From NCBI GenBank assembly GCA_034422315.1, contig DAOUJT010000003.1:17571-81570 (forward strand): a stretch of DNA of 64,000 nucleotides, read 5' to 3'. A program made the translations under genes and the position numbers. The stretch comes from Chloroflexota bacterium. GTDB taxonomy: Bacteria; Chloroflexota; UBA11872. The notes below the pieces were generated by a model. The model did not search any database. It saw only the letters and a list, made by a program, of their open reading frames with translations, and was not told the origin of the DNA. Below, piece after piece: positions 29,195 through 37,902 of this stretch. Positions within the stretch are counted from its first letter, which is position 1, and each line of letters starts with the position of its first letter.

Positions 29195-29353
29195 TTAGCC
29201 CCAGCCGAAGCCGCTGCGCGACTTCTCGTACGGGAATGGATCGTCGCGAGTCCCCTTCGAGCTATCGCCGCAGGCGGCCGCCGCCACAAGTGTTAGCGCA
29301 ATCAGCAACGCGGCAAGCGTCCGAAGCAGCGCCGTTCCAGTCCTGAGTCGCAT
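29195..29353 (-). CDS. Micro-lipoprotein (52 aa), hypothetical
   Basis: Hand-translated: MRLRTGTALLRTLAALLIALTLVAAAACGDSSKGTRDDPFPYEKSRSGFGWG*. It has a basic n-region, a hydrophobic core and an AAAC lipobox. Below the ORF-track size cutoff. Confidence 0.45.
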   Translation of the reverse strand: MRLRTGTALLRTLAALLIALTLVAAAACGDSSKGTRDDPFPYEKSRSGFGWG

Positions 29354-29432
29354 GGTTCAAGCCCCAGAGTACAGATGAGTGAAACTGACCGAACCGCCCG
29401 ACCAGCTTGCGAGTCGTAGCCTGCGGAAAGAG

Positions 29433-29603
29433 TCAGTTACCCCAGCTAATCCCGCTGCGCGGCTGGAATGCCCCGCTCTTCTCACCGCCGTATCGGCTGT
29501 CGTCCCCACCGCACGCGGCGGCAAACACTGCGGCCGAAGCCACGAGCAGGCCAATCACGACTGCCCGAATCAGTGTTTGTCTCAGCCGAAGCCTCGTCTT
29601 CAG
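29433..29603 (-). CDS. Paralogous micro-lipoprotein ORF, start codon unclear (possible CTG or decaying copy)
   Basis: Hand-translated frame: (L)KTRLRLRQTLIRAVVIGLLVASAAVFAAACGGDDSRYGGEKSGAFQPRSGISWGN*. Same architecture and C-terminal SG(F/I)xWG as 29195-29353. No in-frame ATG or GTG retains the basic n-region. Confidence 0.3.
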   Translation of the reverse strand: MKTRLRLRQTLIRAVVIGLLVASAAVFAAACGGDDSRYGGEKSGAFQPRSGISWGN

Positions 29604-29787
29604 GGGAACGACGGGAACTGACCCGGCTAGCTTAACAAAATCCCAATTTGACCTTTGACACTGTCGATGGAAACTCCAGCGTAACAGTTTGCTCAGGCGC
29701 CCCGCGCGGCTACTTGACAGAATTCGCGAATTATCGTGAACTTACTGCAAGTATGCCGTCGATCCGGAAGCGGGCTCTGGTGATCCA

Positions 29788-29994
29788 ATGGCGGTGAAAT
29801 GCCTAACCTGCGGGACGAGGCAGCGCCTCGTTCAGGACGCGTTCCGCGCCGGCTGGCTCCGGGTCACTGCTGGCGACGGCAAGACCGTCACCTGGTACTG
29901 CCAGATGCATCACCCCAAGCCGGCGCCTCGTCCCCCGCGAGCGCCGTTTCAGACCCCACTCTCCAGCAACGCCCAACGGTCATCCAAGCGTTAA
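29788..29994 (+). CDS. Small Cys-rich (zinc-ribbon-like) hypothetical protein, 68 aa
   Basis: MAVKCLTCGTRQRLVQDAFRAGWLRVTAGDGKTVTWYCQMHHPKP... has CxxC plus CxxHH and GC3-rich codons. Alternative frame 29799-30014 overlaps it. Confidence 0.35.
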   Translation: MAVKCLTCGTRQRLVQDAFRAGWLRVTAGDGKTVTWYCQMHHPKPAPRPPRAPFQTPLSSNAQRSSKR

Positions 29995-30104
29995 CCGCAC
30001 CCCTCGTTGATTGAATCGGCCGCTAGGCTCGCGCGGGTCGCGCCGCGCTCCTCACGCTGGAGTCTCTGTTTGTCGTCCCGACTGCACACGCCCGAAGAAG
30101 TGCC

Positions 30105-31634
30105 GTGCTGAGCGAAATCTCCGCAGTGATTCAGAACGCCCTGCATTCCCGGTGGTTTCCTGGATTGCTGCTGGCATTGGTCGTGGGCCCGTTTTATTGG
30201 CTCAGTGCGGTCACTCGGGTCGGCGGTGGTGATTGGGGCCAGTTCCAAACCTTTGGTTATATGGGTGGCATCGCCCATCCACCTGGCTATCCTCTCATTA
30301 TCGGCAGCATCAATCTGGCAACGCGCATCATTCGCTTCGCGGATCCGGCGCATGTCGCCAACATCGTGAACGCGACGTATGCAACCACGGCTGCTGTCGT
30401 GCTGTTCTATACCGGGTGGCTGTTGACACGTTCGCGTTTGGCGGCGCTGGTCGCCACGATCGTTTTCGCCACCGGATACAGCATCTGGGCTCAAGCGACC
30501 CAGGCCGGACACATCAGTGTGCAAATGTTGCTGGTGTTCGTGCTCATTCTTGCTCTGGTTACCTACGCCGAGCGGCCGACAGCGGCTCGGCTGGCCGCCG
30601 TCGCATTTGCCACCGGTCTCTCTCTTACCAACCACGGCCTCAGCGTGTTCATGTTGCCCGGCACGGTGATCTACGTTGCCAGCCGGCGCTTCCCTGAAAT
30701 GATCCGTCCGCATACGCTACTGACGGTCGCTGGTGCTGGACTGCTCGGTCTTGCTCCCTGGCTCTATGTGCTTCGTGGGTTGATTGTTCCTGTGCCGATG
30801 AATCGACCCGAGAGCATTAGTCGCCTTAACTTGAGCGACTTGATTCACTTGGTAATCGGCAAGCCGCTCGAGGTGGTCAACGACAGCGGCGCGGTCGCCG
30901 CCGCACTCGACGGTGAACATCCGAGCTTCTTCGACGAGTGGCCGAAATTCGCCCACGACGTGCTCCGCGAGTACGGCTGGATCTGGATTGCACCTGCGCT
31001 GGTGGGATGGCTGGTTCTGGCGCGACGGCATCCACGTCTGGCTGGCTGGATTGCCTGGACCGGCTTGACCACTCTTTGGTTCGCGCTTGCAACGCCACCG
31101 CTGCTGGACACCGACCGTTACTTCTCCGTCATCTATGCCCTGCTGGCTGTCTGCCTCGCGGTAGGAATCGGCTGGCTATTTTCCGGTGCCAGGCAACTGA
31201 CTCAGGAATTCACGGCAGCCCGCATACGACTGGCAACACTTGCCGTCGGCTTAATCATCGTCATCGCTGCCGGTGTGCGTCTGCACGAGCAGCTCACAGG
31301 TCCCGCTCGTATCAACGTTGTCCGGCTGCGCGAAAATGCCGAGGAACAGGCCGAGATTGGTCTGGGCATCGTCCGTCACATGGCGCCCGGCGGTGTTTAC
31401 CTCACCAACTGGACCTCTGCTTGGTATCCGCGCTATGCCCGGCACGTCTTGGGTGTTGATCGCGATCTGAGGATTCAAATCGCTGACTTCGGAACCATGA
31501 ACTTCGAACAGGCTGAGAGTATTCTGGCCACCGGACGCCGGCTGTACCTACAGCGCACGACTCCGCAATACGAAGCCACGTATACCATCGTTCAGCGCGC
31601 TGGCGTGTTCTATGAAGTCCTGCCCAAGGCTTAG
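30105..31634 (+). CDS. DUF2723 / TMEM260-like polytopic membrane protein (putative protein O-mannosyltransferase-like GT-C)
   Basis: 509 aa with many TM segments. The family-typical N-terminal motif is present: GGGDWGQFQTFGYMGGIAHPPGYPL. Confidence 0.8.
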   Translation: MLSEISAVIQNALHSRWFPGLLLALVVGPFYWLSAVTRVGGGDWGQFQTFGYMGGIAHPPGYPLIIGSINLATRIIRFADPAHVANIVNATYATTAAVVLFYTGWLLTRSRLAALVATIVFATGYSIWAQATQAGHISVQMLLVFVLILALVTYAERPTAARLAAVAFATGLSLTNHGLSVFMLPGTVIYVASRRFPEMIRPHTLLTVAGAGLLGLAPWLYVLRGLIVPVPMNRPESISRLNLSDLIHLVIGKPLEVVNDSGAVAAALDGEHPSFFDEWPKFAHDVLREYGWIWIAPALVGWLVLARRHPRLAGWIAWTGLTTLWFALATPPLLDTDRYFSVIYALLAVCLAVGIGWLFSGARQLTQEFTAARIRLATLAVGLIIVIAAGVRLHEQLTGPARINVVRLRENAEEQAEIGLGIVRHMAPGGVYLTNWTSAWYPRYARHVLGVDRDLRIQIADFGTMNFEQAESILATGRRLYLQRTTPQYEATYTIVQRAGVFYEVLPKA

Positions 31635-31732
31635 ACCAGGGCGTCGCGATCCATGCGATCGGCTGCCGCATAACTGGATATCCTTCACACTATATAGATT
31701 CACGCCGCCGACTTGAGATCGGCTGAGGACGG

Positions 31733-32935
31733 ATGCCCGACACGATCAATGAAATCGCCCTCGCCCCAATTCCAGCCCGCCACTGGAAAGAGTTGGGCCG
31801 CAACGCCTACACGGCGGAGGGCCTTGGTGAGACTCGCACCGAATGGCTCGTCCGCGCCCGCACTACCGGCGGCGCTGAGGGCCTCGCCAATGCCCGACAT
31901 ACCTTCTCCGCCGCAGGCGGCAGCGTGGCCGGCCTGATCGCCGACCTGCGCGAAGTCTTTCTAGGCCGCACTGTCGACTCCCTACTCGAGATTCATAACG
32001 GCCATGCCGTGGCTGCGGGCTCGGCGGTGCGCCAGGCGCTCACGACCTGGGGCTGGATGGACATCCTGGCCGTGGACCTCGTGTCTCGTTCGCGCGGCCA
32101 ATCAATCGCCGCGTTGCTTGGCGTGCGCCGCCGCGACCGCACTTCGGCCTACGAATCCACCACCTACTTTCAGGACCTCCTTCATCCCCAGGACGGAGTG
32201 GCCGAGGTCGTCGCGCACGCCTGCCGCGGATTCGCACACGGCTTTCGACAGTTCAAGATCAAGGTCGGTCGCGGCGGACGAACATTGACGCCAAATGCCG
32301 GACTGCATCGCGATATCGATGCCGTCCTCGCCATTCGTGACGCGCTGGGACCAGACGTCAAGCTTATGGTCGATGCAAACTTCGGCTACGACGACCAGCC
32401 TGAAAACCTCGCCGAGTTCATTCGGGCCACCAGCCCTGCTCGCCTCATCTGGCTGGAAGAAATGGTCACGGCATCCATTGAGGGCTACCGGACTCTTCGC
32501 GAGCTACAAGCCACCCACTGCCCTGAAACTCTGCTGGTAGCTGGCGAAGTGGACGGCAACCCACCCTCGGGCGCTTTCGTGGACCTCATCGAGCAACAAC
32601 TCATTGACGGCTATCAACCCGACATCGTGCGTATTGGGCTCCTGCGCTGGAAGCAGTTGGAGACTCGCCTGGCTGCAAGGTCAATCCTTCCCATCCCCCA
32701 CAACTTCGGCAACGGCCGCTTCGGCCTCATCGCCGGGCTGGCCCTGGCGACCAGCCTCGACAGCTGGGTATCCCTGGAGGATGAGCGCATTTGCCCGAAT
32801 GTCTACGCTGACGATGAGCTAACGCTGGTCAACGGTGCCTATCAAGCTCCCGATGGGCCTGGACTTGGAATCCAGGTCGATGACGACGCCTATGCACGCA
32901 TCGGCGCACCCAACGAGGTGGTTATCCGCGCATGA
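31733..32935 (+). CDS. Enolase superfamily enzyme (mandelate racemase/muconate lactonizing type)
   Basis: 400 aa. KxK motif FKIKVG. Metal-ligand contexts MVDANFGY, IWLEEM, LVAGEVD. Confidence 0.8.
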   Translation: MPDTINEIALAPIPARHWKELGRNAYTAEGLGETRTEWLVRARTTGGAEGLANARHTFSAAGGSVAGLIADLREVFLGRTVDSLLEIHNGHAVAAGSAVRQALTTWGWMDILAVDLVSRSRGQSIAALLGVRRRDRTSAYESTTYFQDLLHPQDGVAEVVAHACRGFAHGFRQFKIKVGRGGRTLTPNAGLHRDIDAVLAIRDALGPDVKLMVDANFGYDDQPENLAEFIRATSPARLIWLEEMVTASIEGYRTLRELQATHCPETLLVAGEVDGNPPSGAFVDLIEQQLIDGYQPDIVRIGLLRWKQLETRLAARSILPIPHNFGNGRFGLIAGLALATSLDSWVSLEDERICPNVYADDELTLVNGAYQAPDGPGLGIQVDDDAYARIGAPNEVVIRA

Positions 32936-33969
32936 GAATCCTGATGACTGGTGCCACCGGACGCATCGGCGCCAACGTCGGCCGCCGCATGATTGATAAC
33001 GGTCACAGCGTGCTTGGCTTCACGATTCCCAACGACCCGCAGGCTTCCAAGCTGGCTGCCATCGGGGCCGACGTCACTACAGGCCATCTTGAGTCCCTCG
33101 ATGACGTCCGGCGCGCCATGGCCAACGTCGACGCCGTCTTCCACCTTGGCGCGGCGTTCCAGGCCGGGGGACCCTTCTCCCCCGAGCAGTACATGCAAAT
33201 CAACGTCCGGGGAACCTTCAACGTTTTTGAGGCTGCTCGCGAACGCGCAGGCGCCATTCGGCACCTGGTCTTCTCCAGCACGGACGCCACCCTCGATAAG
33301 TACCCGCCGGAAGGCAATCCCGAAGTCCTGAACGAGCACTCCCTGACGCAAACGCAGACAGACTGGTACGGCTTCACCAAGATCCTTGGCGAGCGACTGG
33401 CCGACCGCTACGTCCGCGCCGACGGCCTGCCCATTACGGTATTCCGCTTCCCCTGGGTCTGGGGCGCCGGCGAGTTTCTGGACTTCCCCCACTTCCGGCT
33501 GTCGTACTTTCTCGAGTCCTTCCGCGGCCGCAACGATCCCACCGGGCGACAAACGCTCGCCGCCCTCAAGGCCCTTGATGCCGGCGACGATCCCCTCGTG
33601 ATCGCACTCGACGCTAACGGCCGAACCTGGAAGAAGCACACGCTGGACGTCCGCGACATCATCCAGGCATTCGAGCGCGTGCTCGGCGTGCAACGAGCCT
33701 TCGGTGGCGTCTACCAACTCGGTGGGCCCGAGCCGTTTACCTGGCGAGAAGCCGTCCCGCTTGTCGCGGAGGCCCTTGACCGTCGCGTCGTCACGGCGCG
33801 CCTGGCTGGCATGCCTCCCACCTTCTACGAATTCGACCTCGGGGCGGCGCACCGCGACTTTGGCTTCCAGCCGCGGCACCACTGGCGATCCACGTTGGAA
33901 GAAGCCACCCGCTACCGCGACGGCGGCAGCGACTCCATCATCCCGACGGCCGTCGAGGGCGACTCCTAG
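32932..33969 (+). CDS. NAD-dependent epimerase/dehydratase (extended SDR)
   Basis: 345 aa. MRILMTGATGRIGANV is the Rossmann TGxxGxxG motif. Catalytic YxxxK context WYGFTKILGE. 4-nt overlap with the enolase-family gene. Confidence 0.85.
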   Translation: MRILMTGATGRIGANVGRRMIDNGHSVLGFTIPNDPQASKLAAIGADVTTGHLESLDDVRRAMANVDAVFHLGAAFQAGGPFSPEQYMQINVRGTFNVFEAARERAGAIRHLVFSSTDATLDKYPPEGNPEVLNEHSLTQTQTDWYGFTKILGERLADRYVRADGLPITVFRFPWVWGAGEFLDFPHFRLSYFLESFRGRNDPTGRQTLAALKALDAGDDPLVIALDANGRTWKKHTLDVRDIIQAFERVLGVQRAFGGVYQLGGPEPFTWREAVPLVAEALDRRVVTARLAGMPPTFYEFDLGAAHRDFGFQPRHHWRSTLEEATRYRDGGSDSIIPTAVEGDS

Positions 33970-33976
33970 CCGGTTG

Positions 33977-35353
33977 TCAGGCGGCGGCGAGCGCGGCCGC
34001 CTCCCGTCCGGCGATCCGCCCGTACGCGACGCCCACGCCTAGTCCGCCCGTGTATCCGCGCGTATACAGCCCACCCACGTCCGCGCCGGCGGCAAACAAG
34101 CCTTGAATAGGCTCTCCTGCCAGGTCCAGGACCTGTGCTCGTTCGTTCGTATGCGCGCCTCCATAGGTAAACGTGGCGCCCGGTAGACATCGGATGGCCC
34201 GGAACGGCGGCGAGTCGAGCGGCTGCAGCCCACCGCTGCGCGGCACGCTCAGCATCGTCAGATCGTCGTCGGCCGCTGCCGCGTTGTGTTCGTTCAGCGT
34301 GGCCATCAGAGGCCCGGGAGTCACGCCCCAGCATCGTGCCATCTCCGCGGCCAGCGACTCCAGGTCGGGCGCCTCCAGAATCTCGCCGCCGGCGTTCCGA
34401 ATGTTCTCCATGCGTCGATCAACTGCGCCCGGACCCTCCCCCATACCCGTCGCCCGGAGCTTCCGTACTCGTTCGTCAAAAATGATGAAGCACAGCGCGT
34501 CAGGCTGATGCACAACCGCATGCACCGTCACCTCGTCGCCCAGAAACTCGTCGTCGAACCGTTGCCCATGCAGGTTCACGAATACGGAATACGGGCTGAA
34601 GTCCGGCTTGATACTTGCGAAGTTATGCACCCCGGTCTTTGCTGGCGGCGCCGGAATCATGTGTCCATAGAATCGACCGAAGGGGCCGGCCGTCCCCGCG
34701 CCAGCCTCCAAGGCGGCCAGAAAGCCATCGCCGGTGCTGTAGGCGTTGCCGCGCACGATGACGTGATGAGCCCAGCGGCCAAAGTAGCGCGCGCGCAGGT
34801 CGGGACTTGCCTGAAATCCTCCGGTTGCCAGCACAGCGGCCCGCGCGCCGATTTCCACAGTCCGGCCACGGCCGCGCGCCTCAACGCCGCACACCGAGCC
34901 ATCCATTCCAAGAAGAATTGAGCGCAGACCCGTCCTGGTCAGAATCGTCCCACCCGCCGACTGCACACTTCGAGCCAGGTCGTTCATGAAGGTCCGAGCA
35001 TCCGGCAGAAAGTCGTGAACGTAGCGCGCAAACTTGTACGGCGTGGGATCGGGTCGCTCTTCAACTTGCAGGCCAAGCTCCGCAAACCACTGCACCCCGT
35101 CTAGGTAGTTCGCCACGAGAGCCTGTCCCATGGCCGGATTTCCACCCGGCTGCACGCTCAACCACGCGTCGACATTTGCCGCCGTCCAGGCCGAACCGCC
35201 GGAGAGGGCGGCCGACCCGCCAACCTCGGGTGCCTTTTCGATCACCAGCACCGACGCGCCTCGCTCCAGTGCGGTTCGAGCCGTCGTAAGGCCGCCAATG
35301 CCAGAGCCTGCCACGACAATATCCGCCTGAAGCTGATCGATCCCGTCTTTCAT
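33977..35353 (-). CDS. FAD-binding dehydrogenase (FAD_binding_2; fumarate reductase/KstD/TcuA-like flavoprotein)
   Basis: 458 aa. ADIVVAGSGIGGLTTA...VLVIEK dinucleotide-binding motif and C-terminal ...GLFAAGADVGG. Confidence 0.85.
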   Translation of the reverse strand: MKDGIDQLQADIVVAGSGIGGLTTARTALERGASVLVIEKAPEVGGSAALSGGSAWTAANVDAWLSVQPGGNPAMGQALVANYLDGVQWFAELGLQVEERPDPTPYKFARYVHDFLPDARTFMNDLARSVQSAGGTILTRTGLRSILLGMDGSVCGVEARGRGRTVEIGARAAVLATGGFQASPDLRARYFGRWAHHVIVRGNAYSTGDGFLAALEAGAGTAGPFGRFYGHMIPAPPAKTGVHNFASIKPDFSPYSVFVNLHGQRFDDEFLGDEVTVHAVVHQPDALCFIIFDERVRKLRATGMGEGPGAVDRRMENIRNAGGEILEAPDLESLAAEMARCWGVTPGPLMATLNEHNAAAADDDLTMLSVPRSGGLQPLDSPPFRAIRCLPGATFTYGGAHTNERAQVLDLAGEPIQGLFAAGADVGGLYTRGYTGGLGVGVAYGRIAGREAAALAAA

Positions 35354-35478
35354 CTGCTCAGTCTCGCGAGTTCGCGCGTGCGCTTAGCCTACGGATGCCG
35401 GGCCGTAGTCGTCATGCCAACATCCTGCGCTGCCGGGTATCGTGCCCCTGCGCCGAAGATCGTTTACGGTGAATCGCA

Positions 35479-35859
35479 ATGACTGACTCAGCCGCCTCGC
35501 CTGCCGAACCGCGCATCGTCCACCTTGGTCAGGGCATCGCCGAGCGTTCCGAATGGGGAACCATCGAGTGGCTCGCCAACCGCCGCCTCACCCCCGGATC
35601 CGAAATGACGTTCGGCCACGTGCGCCTCGAACCGGGTGCCTCCAACCCCCGCCACCTCCACCCCAACTGTCATGAACTGCTATTCGTGGTCGAAGGCGCC
35701 ATCGATCACGAACTCAGCGGCGTCACGGTCCGCCTTGAGGCAGGTGATCTTCTCCACATCCCCATCGGCGCGCCACACCAGGCCCACAATCGCGACGACC
35801 GGCCCTGCGTGGTTGTCGTCACCTACTCAACGGAAGACCGGCAGACCCTGCCCGCCTGA
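35479..35859 (+). CDS. Cupin domain protein
   Basis: 126 aa. Cupin motifs G.....RHLHPNCHELLFVVEG and GDLLHIPIGAPHQAHN. Confidence 0.8.
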   Translation: MTDSAASPAEPRIVHLGQGIAERSEWGTIEWLANRRLTPGSEMTFGHVRLEPGASNPRHLHPNCHELLFVVEGAIDHELSGVTVRLEAGDLLHIPIGAPHQAHNRDDRPCVVVVTYSTEDRQTLPA

Positions 35860-35886
35860 TCGCTTGGCAGGTCTGGCGCCAACCGT

Positions 35887-36873
35887 CTACGGCCAGATCC
35901 CGGTCTCCCGGTACCACGCCACCGAGTCGACCAGAGTCTCCTGCACCGGACGAACGTGAAACCCAAGCTCGTCCACGGCTCGCGCGTTCGAGAAATACAG
36001 GTACCGAGATCCCACGGCCACTTCGTCAGGCGTCAGCGGCGGCTTCCATCCCAGCCACAGTCCTGGTCGTTCCAACAAGGCCGCCAACACACGCAGCCCA
36101 CCCGATGGCAGCCCAATCATTGGGCTGCGCGACCGCACAACCTCGGCCCCCAGGTCCGAGATCTCCACGTAGGTCAGGTTGTGTGCCGTCAGCAGGAATC
36201 GCCGCGCAGGCACGCCGTCCTCGGCCAGCCTGACCAGCCCATCAGCCACATCCCGCACGTCCACCACATTCACGCCGCCGGCCGGCGCAAATCGGATCGG
36301 GCCTCGAATCAACGGCTGCAGCAATCGTTCGGCATGCCGCCCGTGGTCCCAAGGGCCGAGAACCGTCCCCGGACAGGCAATCGTCACGGGAACTCCCCGT
36401 TTGGCCGCCGCCAATGCCAGCCGTTCACCGGCACGTTTGTGCTCCGCGTACATCAGCCGTTCAGACGCCGGCTGAACCAGCGCATCCTCGTCCATCACCT
36501 CGTCCGGCTCGTCCGCCAACCCCACGGCCGTAAGCGAACTCACGTGCACCACGCTCGTCGCGCCCGTGCCCGCCGCCCACTCCAGCACGTGGCGCGTGCC
36601 GTCCACGTTCACCGCCCGCTGCTTCGACTCGTCGCCGCGCCAGAACGACTGGTCGGCTGCCAGGTGAAAGACCCAGTCAAAGCGCGCATCGGGAAACGTG
36701 GACGCTTCGGTCACATCGCCTGTGATCCGCGACACCGGCACGCCGTTGAAGGCGGCATCCGCCCACGGATCGCCCGGCAACACCAGCGCTGTCACTGCAT
36801 GTCCGTGGTCCGCCAGTCGCCGGATCAGTCCCGAACCGATCTGCCCCGACGCGCCCGTCACAAAGCAGCGCAC
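35887..36873 (-). CDS. NAD-dependent epimerase/dehydratase (extended SDR)
   Basis: 328 aa. MRCFVTGASGQIGSGLIRRL Rossmann motif and YAEHK (YxxxK). Confidence 0.85.
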   Translation of the reverse strand: MRCFVTGASGQIGSGLIRRLADHGHAVTALVLPGDPWADAAFNGVPVSRITGDVTEASTFPDARFDWVFHLAADQSFWRGDESKQRAVNVDGTRHVLEWAAGTGATSVVHVSSLTAVGLADEPDEVMDEDALVQPASERLMYAEHKRAGERLALAAAKRGVPVTIACPGTVLGPWDHGRHAERLLQPLIRGPIRFAPAGGVNVVDVRDVADGLVRLAEDGVPARRFLLTAHNLTYVEISDLGAEVVRSRSPMIGLPSGGLRVLAALLERPGLWLGWKPPLTPDEVAVGSRYLYFSNARAVDELGFHVRPVQETLVDSVAWYRETGIWP

Positions 36874-36877
36874 CTGG

Positions 36878-37252
36878 CTAGTCGCTCGCCGGCGTGTCCT
36901 TCACGCTGAAGGACAACTCCCCCAGCCCCTGCACCTCAAAGCCAATCTTCACCTCCGCCACGCCCTCCGGCAGGCTGATTTCCTTGCCGCCGAGCACGGA
37001 CGTGCGATTCAGCGCCAGGCTGAAGGGCGAATCCGGCGTCACGTCCGTAAAGGCATGGCGTTCGCCGTCAACTTCAAAGAAGCACGACTCCAGCGGTAGC
37101 GCCTCACCGTCAACCGCAAGCGGCAGTAGCCGCCGCGCGTAACCCGATCCAAGCGTGTTCTTCAGTTCCAACTGAAACCCGTCATCGGTCCGCCGCAGGC
37201 TGCCCCGTACGTACAGCCGTCGCAGCAGAAACCCAGGAACCTGCAGTGGCAT
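36878..37252 (-). CDS. Hypothetical protein (124 aa) translationally coupled to the aldolase gene
   Basis: ATG at 37252 overlaps the aldolase stop (TGATG). MPLQVPGFLLRRLYVRGSLRRTDDGFQLELKNTLG.... No family recognised. The track ORF 36878-37357 is an upstream extension. Confidence 0.5.
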   Translation of the reverse strand: MPLQVPGFLLRRLYVRGSLRRTDDGFQLELKNTLGSGYARRLLPLAVDGEALPLESCFFEVDGERHAFTDVTPDSPFSLALNRTSVLGGKEISLPEGVAEVKIGFEVQGLGELSFSVKDTPASD

Positions 37253-37902
37253 CACTCGCCCCCTTCGCTCTGCATCATCCGATAGAGTTCGATTTCTGCG
37301 TCCACGAGGTCGCGTGGCAGGTGCTGCGCACCCGGACGACCCGAGGCCAGCAGCCAAATCTGTGCCAGCCGCTCAGTCAGTCGCGTCATTTCCAGCGCAT
37401 CCACCGGGTCGCGTCCTACCGTCAAGGTGCCATGGTTTGCCAGGAGCACGGCCCGCCGTTCGCCCAGCCCCTCAACCGCATTGTCGGCCAGTTCCTCGGA
37501 CGCGGCCGGGGCATAGTCGCTGACCGCAACAGCGCCCCCGAGGTACACGACCTGCTCATCAACGAATGCCGGAATTGCCTCCCGCCGCACGGCCATCGCG
37601 CTCGCATGCACCGGATGTGCGTGAACCACTGCCTGCACATCCGGTCGCGCCGCGTAGATCGCCCCGTGCAGCAGGGATTCCGACGACGGTAGTCCCTCGC
37701 CCTCGATCGGGTCCCCTTCAAACGTCACCGTAACGACGTGATCCACCGTCATATCCGGATACAGAACGCCGGTCGGCGTGATGTGCATAGCACTGTCGCC
37801 ATCGGCCCGCGCGCTCACGTTTCCCGCGCACCCAACCACCAGACCCTCGCGATGCATGGTCCGGGCAACTTCGGCCACGGACGCCTTCAAAACACACGCC
37901 AT
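37252..37902 (-). CDS. Class II aldolase/adducin family protein (fuculose-1-P aldolase / ribulose-5-P 4-epimerase-like)
   Basis: 216 aa. NVSAR, PSSESLLHGAIY and VVHAHPVHASA (His metal ligands) motifs. Confidence 0.85.
   Translation of the reverse strand: MACVLKASVAEVARTMHREGLVVGCAGNVSARADGDSAMHITPTGVLYPDMTVDHVVTVTFEGDPIEGEGLPSSESLLHGAIYAARPDVQAVVHAHPVHASAMAVRREAIPAFVDEQVVYLGGAVAVSDYAPAASEELADNAVEGLGERRAVLLANHGTLTVGRDPVDALEMTRLTERLAQIWLLASGRPGAQHLPRDLVDAEIELYRMMQSEGGE

Noticed and set aside
29357-29554. 65-aa track ORF on the minus strand
   Set aside because: It is a different frame of the same DNA that encodes the lipobox-containing micro-ORF (29433-29603). The track frame has no signal-peptide logic and no paralogy to 29195-29353.
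29655-29687. TTGACA at 29655-29660 as a promoter
   Set aside because: There is no TAnnnT-like -10 at 16-19 nt spacing. The nearest candidate (TAACAG) is 21 nt away.
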